This document shows, piece after piece, positions 57,176 to 64,000 of a DNA stretch of 64,000 nt. This stretch comes from Eledone cirrhosa (lineage: Eukaryota), in contig OZ024747.1 in NCBI GenBank assembly GCA_964016885.1, forward strand, positions 5,518,001 to 5,582,000, read 5' to 3'. The notes beneath the pieces were generated by a model. It saw nothing but the letters and a program-made list of their open reading frames with translations. It did not search any database and had not been told where the DNA came from. A program made the position numbers and the translations under genes. The stretch's first letter is position 1. Each line of letters begins with the position of its first letter.

Positions 57176-58310
57176 CACACACACATATACATACATACAT
57201 ACATACATACATACATACATACATACATACATACATACATACATACATACATACATACATACAATGTGTATAGGTGTATGTATTTACATATATACATATA
57301 TTTCTTTTTAAACAAATATTTATCATTTCTACATCCACAGATATGTATTGTTAATTTCATTTTCACTACTTAACACAATATGAATAACTTTAGTTACTTG
57401 TGGTTATGTATATTTTAGACATTATGGGGTGGCCTTTAAGAAAACAAAAATGAATTGGGGATATATTTTGTTTTTGTTTCTCGAATGTATATAAAATATA
57501 TTCTCTTATAACCGCACCCAACATCGAAATAAATGTAAATTAATAACACAAAACCAAACCAACCAAGAGCCACCACAACCCTAAACCTAAACCTAACCTA
57601 AAATACAGCTACAAAAACACCGTGAAAGAGAAATAAAGCTATATTAACACTATACCAACTAATCCTATCAGAGATTATTCAACGGGGATCTTAGTTCACA
57701 GTGTATCAATGGTATAATACTACTTCTTTTTGTTTTCAACCACCGACAAGACATCAGACGTCATTCGTTGACTGAGTGGAGTGGAACTCGTCAGATACGA
57801 CCAATGAAACAATGTGTCCATTAATCTTTCCATTGCTGATAGTATCTACCCCCCCCCCCCCACACACACACAGCCGCATGGCTTAGTGGTTAGAACATTG
57901 GGCTTGCAATCGAAAGGTTGTGAGTTCAATACTCGGACCGGGTGATGTGTTGTTTCCTTAAACAAGGCACTTTATTTCACGTTGTTCCAGTTTACTCAGC
58001 TGTGGAAATGAGATGATAGGACTTGGGTCCCTATCATTAAAACGCACAAGAAACCTCCAATGAGGTACAACCTTGGAGGAGGTCAGCCAAACCTACATAG
58101 GTGTGAGCTGTAACACCAACCAGTCGCAACTCCAGGCAGAAAGAGCAACGTAAAATAAAATTTCTTGCTCAAGGACATAACGCATCGCCCGGTCCGGGAG
58201 TCGAACTCGCAACCTCACGATTGTGAATCTATTTTCTAAACACTAAGTCACGTACGTGCCTATAGTACACATACATCTTTTTCTCTCCTAACCCGATCCA
58301 ATATTAAAGT

Positions 58311-59255
58311 GTGACCGTGTGTGTACGTACGTCTATGTGAACGTGTGTGTATGTACGTCTATGTGAACGTGTATGTACGTACGTCTATGTGAACATGTGT
58401 GTACGTACGTCTATGAGAACGTGTATGTACGTACGTCTATGTGAACGTGTGTGTACGTACGTCTATGTGACCGTGTATGTACGTACGTCTATGTGAACGT
58501 GTGTGTACGTACGTCTATGTGAACGTGTGTGTACGTACGTCTATGTGAACGTGTGTGTACGTACGTCTATGTGAACGTGTGTGTACGTACGTCTATGAGA
58601 ACGTGTGTGTACGTACGTCTATGTGAACGTGTGTATGTACGTCTATGTGAACGTGTGTGTACGTACGTCTATGTGAACGTGTGTGTACGTACGTCTATGT
58701 GAACGTGTGTGTATGTACGTCTGTGAACGTGTGTGTACGTACGTCTATGAGAACGTGTGTGTACGTACGTCTATGTGAACGTGTGTGTATGTACGTCTAT
58801 GTGAACGTGTGTGTACGTACGTCTATGTGAACATGTGTGTACGTACGTCTATGTGAATGTGTGTGTACGTACGTCTATGTGAACGTGTGTGTACGTACGT
58901 CTATGAGAACGTGTGTGTACGTACGTCTATGTGAACGTGTGTGTACGTACGTCTATGTGAACGTGTGTATGTACGTCTATGTGAACATGTGTGTACGTAC
59001 GTCTATGTGAACATGTGTGTACGTACGTCTATGTGAACATGTGTGTACGTACGTCTATGTGAACGTGTGTGTACGTACGTCTATGTGAACATGTGTGTAC
59101 GTACGTCTATGTGAACATGTGTGTATGTACGTCTATGTGAACGTGTGTATGTATGTCTATGTGAACGTGTGTGTACGTACGTCTATGTGAACGTGTGTGT
59201 ACGTACGTCTATGTGAACGTGTGTGTGTACGTCTATGTGAACGTGTGTGTATGCG
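58311..59255. repeat. 26-bp minisatellite, ~36 copies
   Basis: Unit gtgtgtgtacgtacgtctatgtgaac. Confidence 0.95.
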
Positions 59256-59391
59256 TGTGTGTCTGTCTTTATGTCCCTTTAGATTCATTAGTATAAGTAC
59301 AATTGCTATAGACATGTTATAAGGTCCCACCCCGAAATGTTTTTCGCTCTTGGGTTTTTAGACCTTTGTCCCTAATGTCTCCGAAAGTGAT

Positions 59392-59398
59392 CACCGTT

Positions 59399-59438
<40 letters not shown>

Positions 59439-59641
59439 CCATTATCATCATCATCATCATCATTGTAATCATCATCATCAACTACAACAGTAATGAAAAC
59501 ATTCGTACGTGTAAACCCCACCAATTCTTACTCCTCCCTCACCACCATCACAACTGCAACAACCACCACCACCACAACCACCACAACCACCACTACTACT
59601 ATTACTACTACTACTATCACCACCAACACCGCCACTTCCTT

Positions 59642-59686
<45 letters not shown>

Positions 59687-60180
59687 CAACCACAACACCA
59701 CCACAACCACCACTACTAATACTACTATCACCAACAACAAAACCACCAACACCATCACCATCATCATCACCAACACCACCACCAACACCACCACAACCAG
59801 CTTCACCACCACCATCACCACCATCACCACCAACACCACCACCATCACCACCATCACCACCAACACCATCACCAACACCATCAACACCACTACAACCACC
59901 ATCACCAACACCACCACCATCACCACCACCACCACCACCACCACCACCATCAGCACCACAACACCCTCCACCACCATCACCATCACCACCACCACCAACA
60001 CCACTACAATCACCATCACCAACACCATCACCACCACCAACACCACTACAACCACCATCACCAACACCACCACCATCACCACCACCACCATCAGCACCAC
60101 AACACCCTCCACCACCATCACCATCACCACCACCACCAACACCACTACAACCACCATCACCACCACAACCACCAACACCC
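59392..60180. repeat. Compound triplet tract (CAT)n/(ACT)n/(ACC)n
   Basis: Seen directly; in Slit intron 2. Confidence 0.9.
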
Positions 60181-61292
60181 TCCTTAACATTAACTGTTGA
60201 ACGTGTTGATCTGCCGTCTGTTCCAGTTGTTGTTGGTCTATGATGTAGTCAGCGGGCTGGTTCTTGACATGGTAATTAATTTCACAGTGATGGCTGACAG
60301 TCACGTGGTTGCTGGAGGTGGTCCCGTGTTGCACTCTTGTTGTTGTTGTTGTTGTTGTCATTGTTCTTTAGATCCCAGTCGGCTCTGATCGAGCAGACTT
60401 ATGATCAAAGGCCTTCCAGCCGTGATCCTCCCGATTTTTTTTTAATTATGTGCTGAGAAACCAGGTCTACATTATGTAATGTGTATTTTTCTATGACGGA
60501 GGAGGGAAATGATTTGAACTAGATGTAGCTGTTATTTTTAGCAAGTCGAGTGAATATGTAAGGAACTCCTCTTGATAATTTATAGAAATGTTCTTATTGA
60601 CGTTGACTATAAAAGTAGTGATGTTGATGAAATAACACTGTTAATTAATCTCATTAATTGCGTCCAACATAGAAGTTAATTTCTGTTCAATATCTCTTTT
60701 AAACAAGGAGTGATTACAGTGGATCTGGACAGCAGAAGGTCTTCAGAGAAGAAACCTCGCTCAAGCGAGTGTTTCGGAGATAAAATGCTTATAATATTTA
60801 TATTTGCAATAGGGCGGTGTATTGTCAGTAGAGTCCCAGACAAAATGTTTTACATATTCACTTAGGTCCATTTGCGTTCTGAATTCATATTCTACTGAAG
60901 TCAACTTTGCCTTTCATCCTTCCGAGGTCGATAAAATAATGTACCTATTAATTGACTGTCCCCACCCCCACATATTGCAGGCCTCGTGCCAATGGTATTA
61001 CTGATTAATGAACACGAACGATCAAACATATCTCCATTTAATGGTGACCGTTTTTTGGTGTATAAAGTGAAAATCGTTTTTTGGAAGACTCGAAGGGAAT
61101 GCAACACTAAAGGACATTCTCCTACCTGAAAAACATGAATATATATATTTTATTTTTATTTTCTGATAATTTCTTTTGAATTTCTGTCGAAACGGCCGGA
61201 GCTCAGCCGTCGGGGTCCTGAGTCTTTTCATATTACCTACTCTACTATCCCAAGTATCGAGTACTCTGGTGGATTATGGTTACCACACCCTA

Positions 61293-61332
<40 letters not shown>

Positions 61333-61409
61333 CATTAATACATGTTTGACAGTATTAGCCCAAGCCATCTCTAAGATAATAGCACCACCTAAGATATAGA
61401 TATATATAT

Positions 61410-61469
<60 letters not shown>

Positions 61470-62144
61470 TTTCAGTAACACGACACATATGTACCACCAC
61501 AGAGTACATCCTAATTAGTCTTAACAAGATGTTCAACAAATGTTTATATAAATTACAATTATGAATGATTTGGAGATTCGACATAAAACTAAATACAGAG
61601 AAAAAATATGGGAAAATTATCAACTTCTGATACACTGTATAAAGGGAAAATATGTGTGTGTCTTTGTGTGTTTGTGTGTGTTTGTGTCTTTGTGTGTATG
61701 TGTGTGTATATTGTGTGTGTCTTTGTGTGTTTGTGTGTGTCTTTGTGTGTATGTGTGTATATTGTGTGTGTGTGTGTGTGTCTGTCTGTGTGTGTCCATT
61801 ACGAATATGACACTTGATAAGTAACTAAAAGCTCATCACAACAGAGTATTTTTCTAGCAAATAATAAATAAATTGAAGAATTGAATAAAACCTAATTCTT
61901 ACGTAATTTATTTTTAAAAAAGTAAGAACACAAAGAAAAAGAAAGAAAGGAAGGGAAGAAGAAAGTAAAATTCCGTTAAAAAAGCAAAAATACTAAAGAT
62001 TGAAACAATAATTGTTTCTACTTTAGGCACAAGGCCAGCAATTATCCCAGTGTATTACTGGTAAACAGTAGCAATAATTGGAATAATAACAGTTGTTATA
62101 TATATTTATGTGTATATATATATATAATGTTATATAAGTTTATA

Positions 62145-62375
62145 TATAAGTAGAAGGAGTATTTAATTTGTTGGAAGTCCAACAAATATAAATGTTTATA
62201 ACTGATTTAGAGCACTCAACAAGTTACTGGAGTAAATATTCAATGATATTAAATAAATGGAAACTATATTTATAAAACCATATTTATTACTCCAGTAACT
62301 TGTTGAGTGCTCTAAATCAGTTATAAACATTTATATTTGTCGGACTTCCAACAAATTAAATACCCCTTCTACTTG
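62145..62375. mobile_element. Family C tail fragments in inverted orientation
   Basis: ~90-bp arms (62145-62233 and 62287-62375) containing gttgagtgct...tcagttataaacattt. Confidence 0.65.
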
Positions 62376-62440
62376 TATATATATATATATATATATATAC
62401 AATATTAAATAAATGGAAACTATATTTATAAAACCATATT

Positions 62441-62506
62441 TATTTCATTATATATATTTCGGGGATATCATATTAACAATATGCTATGCCTTCCTCAGAC
62501 AAAATA
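62441..62506 (-). ncRNA. Type I hammerhead ribozyme (family C), left arm of the 375-bp palindrome
   Basis: Reverse complement of 62664-62729. Confidence 0.65.
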
Positions 62507-62663
62507 CAATATAAACAGTTTTATAGATAAATAGATTCGACATACCGTTATAACACCGACTTCCATTTGAAGAGGTTTAAGCTGCCAGCTTAAACATCTT
62601 CAAATGGAAGTCGGTGTTATAACGGTATGTCGAATCTATTTATCTATAAAACTGTTTATATTG

Positions 62664-62729
62664 TATTTTGTCTGAGGAAGGCATAGCATATTGTTAATAT
62701 GATATCCCCGAAATATATATAATGAAATA
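62664..62729 (+). ncRNA. Type I hammerhead ribozyme (family C), right arm of the 375-bp palindrome
   Basis: TATTTTGT-CTGAGGA-long imperfect stem II (GGCATAGCATATT/AATATGATATCCC)-GAAA-TATATATA-ATGAAATA. Confidence 0.65.
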
Positions 62730-62859
62730 AATATGGTTTTATAAATATAGTTTCCATTTATTTAATATTGTAAATATACTCCAAATATTTGTCGAGTGCT
62801 TTTATATCAGTTATAAATATTTACTAGTTGTAACCCAACAATTTTAAATATAACTTTCC

Positions 62860-62927
<68 letters not shown>

Positions 62928-63307
62928 GAATGTATAAATCCCTACATCATTGTTATATAGTTATGGCTGTCAATGTTGGCTGGTAAATATTTTCTTTTCC
63001 ACTTCAAAGTGTAAGAACATAAATGCTAAATCTCTGATTCCATTTTCATTCGAAAGTCTTTGTTTGACTTTGCCTTTCATCCTTACGGGGTCGATAAAAT
63101 AAAGTACCAGTAATGCACTGGGTAATTGCTGGCCTTGTGCCTAACGTAGAAACAATTATTATTATTATTAGTTGTAGTAGTAGTGATGGTAGTGTTGTTG
63201 TTATTGTTGTTATCATCATCAACTGTTCTTTACCTCTGTCTCGCCCCCACCCCCTCTAAAGGTAATTTCTTTTCATGCTGTATCAAAACACTAGTTGTAT
63301 GTACACA

Positions 63308-63376
<69 letters not shown>

Positions 63377-63399
63377 ACACACACATATACATACATACA

Positions 63400-63435
<36 letters not shown>

Positions 63436-63441
63436 TATATC

Positions 63442-64000
63442 AGAGAAGAAATTCCAAACATGGAAGCATGGCCTAGAATCGAAAGGCCTTAAAATTAACC
63501 TGTCTAAGACTAACCTGTCTAAGACTAAAGTTCTAGTTTGTAGGAAGGAAAATAGGGCACTGGTCCCATCTGGGAAATGGCCATGCTCAGTGTGAATGAA
63601 AAAAGTAGGCAGAAACTCCATTTTATGTCCCAAATGCAAAGTATGGGTGCATAAAAGATGTAGTGGGATCGCAGGTAAGCTAACTAAGAACATAGATTTT
63701 ATATGTGGCCGGTGCTCAGGTGCAATAAGTTGCAGCAAGTGCCCACAGAATACTAGCTCATTCCATTGCACAGATGGTTCTATAGAAATAGTGGACACCT
63801 TCCGTTACCTGGGTGACAAAATCAGCAGTGGTGGAGGGTGCTCTGAAAGTACAGTAGCTAGAGTCAGAACGGGATGGAAAAAGTTCAGAGAGCTTATACC
63901 ACTATTGGCCGCTAAAGGTTTCTCTCTAAAAATGAAAGGCAGGCTGTATGATGCCTGCATACGAACAGCAATGTTACATGGCAGTGAGACTTGGGCATTG
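63442..64000 (+). mobile_element. Second, decayed 5'-truncated copy of the RTE LINE (runs off window)
   Basis: Aligns to the first copy from 46283 (EKKFQTWKHGLESKGLKIN...FRYLG...MLHGSETWAL). 15-bp tandem duplication at 63496-63525; TGT>TGA stop at 63593-63595; starts directly after (TA)n. Confidence 0.93.

Larger units (their letters stand above)
62398..62862. mobile_element. Family C element with a 375-bp palindrome (62398-62772)
   Basis: 186-bp arms with one mismatch seen and a 3-nt loop GCC at 62584-62586; family C tail then (TA)n. Confidence 0.75.

Noticed and set aside
57874-57945. tRNA gene
   Set aside because: A/B boxes run into SINE body sequence repeated elsewhere in the window; no clean cloverleaf.
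59493-60200. Thr-rich mucin-like ORF in intron 2
   Set aside because: Triplet repeat open in several frames, no signal peptide or clear splice sites, and the next Slit exon should be another LRR.

Overview
AT-rich, microsatellite-saturated animal genomic DNA, most likely a coleoid cephalopod such as octopus (inferred from the repeat landscape only). It holds the 5' end of a Slit axon-guidance gene on the + strand: exon 1 ends at 1235 (signal peptide + LRR N-cap), a 55,160-bp GT-AG intron follows, and a 72-bp single-LRR exon 2 lies at 56396-56467. The exon 1 frame is open from base 1 through a ~310-codon Thr/Ser-rich stretch upstream of the probable start Met. The introns carry a 5'-truncated RTE LINE with an intact ORF and a PHD finger inside its RT, a second decayed RTE copy, an R4/Dong-like RLE LINE remnant in (TACA)n, two copies of a non-autonomous Helitron, a piggyBac-like MITE, many SINEs and several minisatellites. 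The most notable signal is at least five unrelated families of short (TA)n-embedded elements built on type I hammerhead ribozyme folds, resembling Penelope-like pLTRs or retrozymes. They show covarying stems, palindromic stem III and one U3-A8 core variant. Many are fold-back palindromes whose turn falls in the ribozyme's stem II. Most ORF-track entries are microsatellite artefacts.
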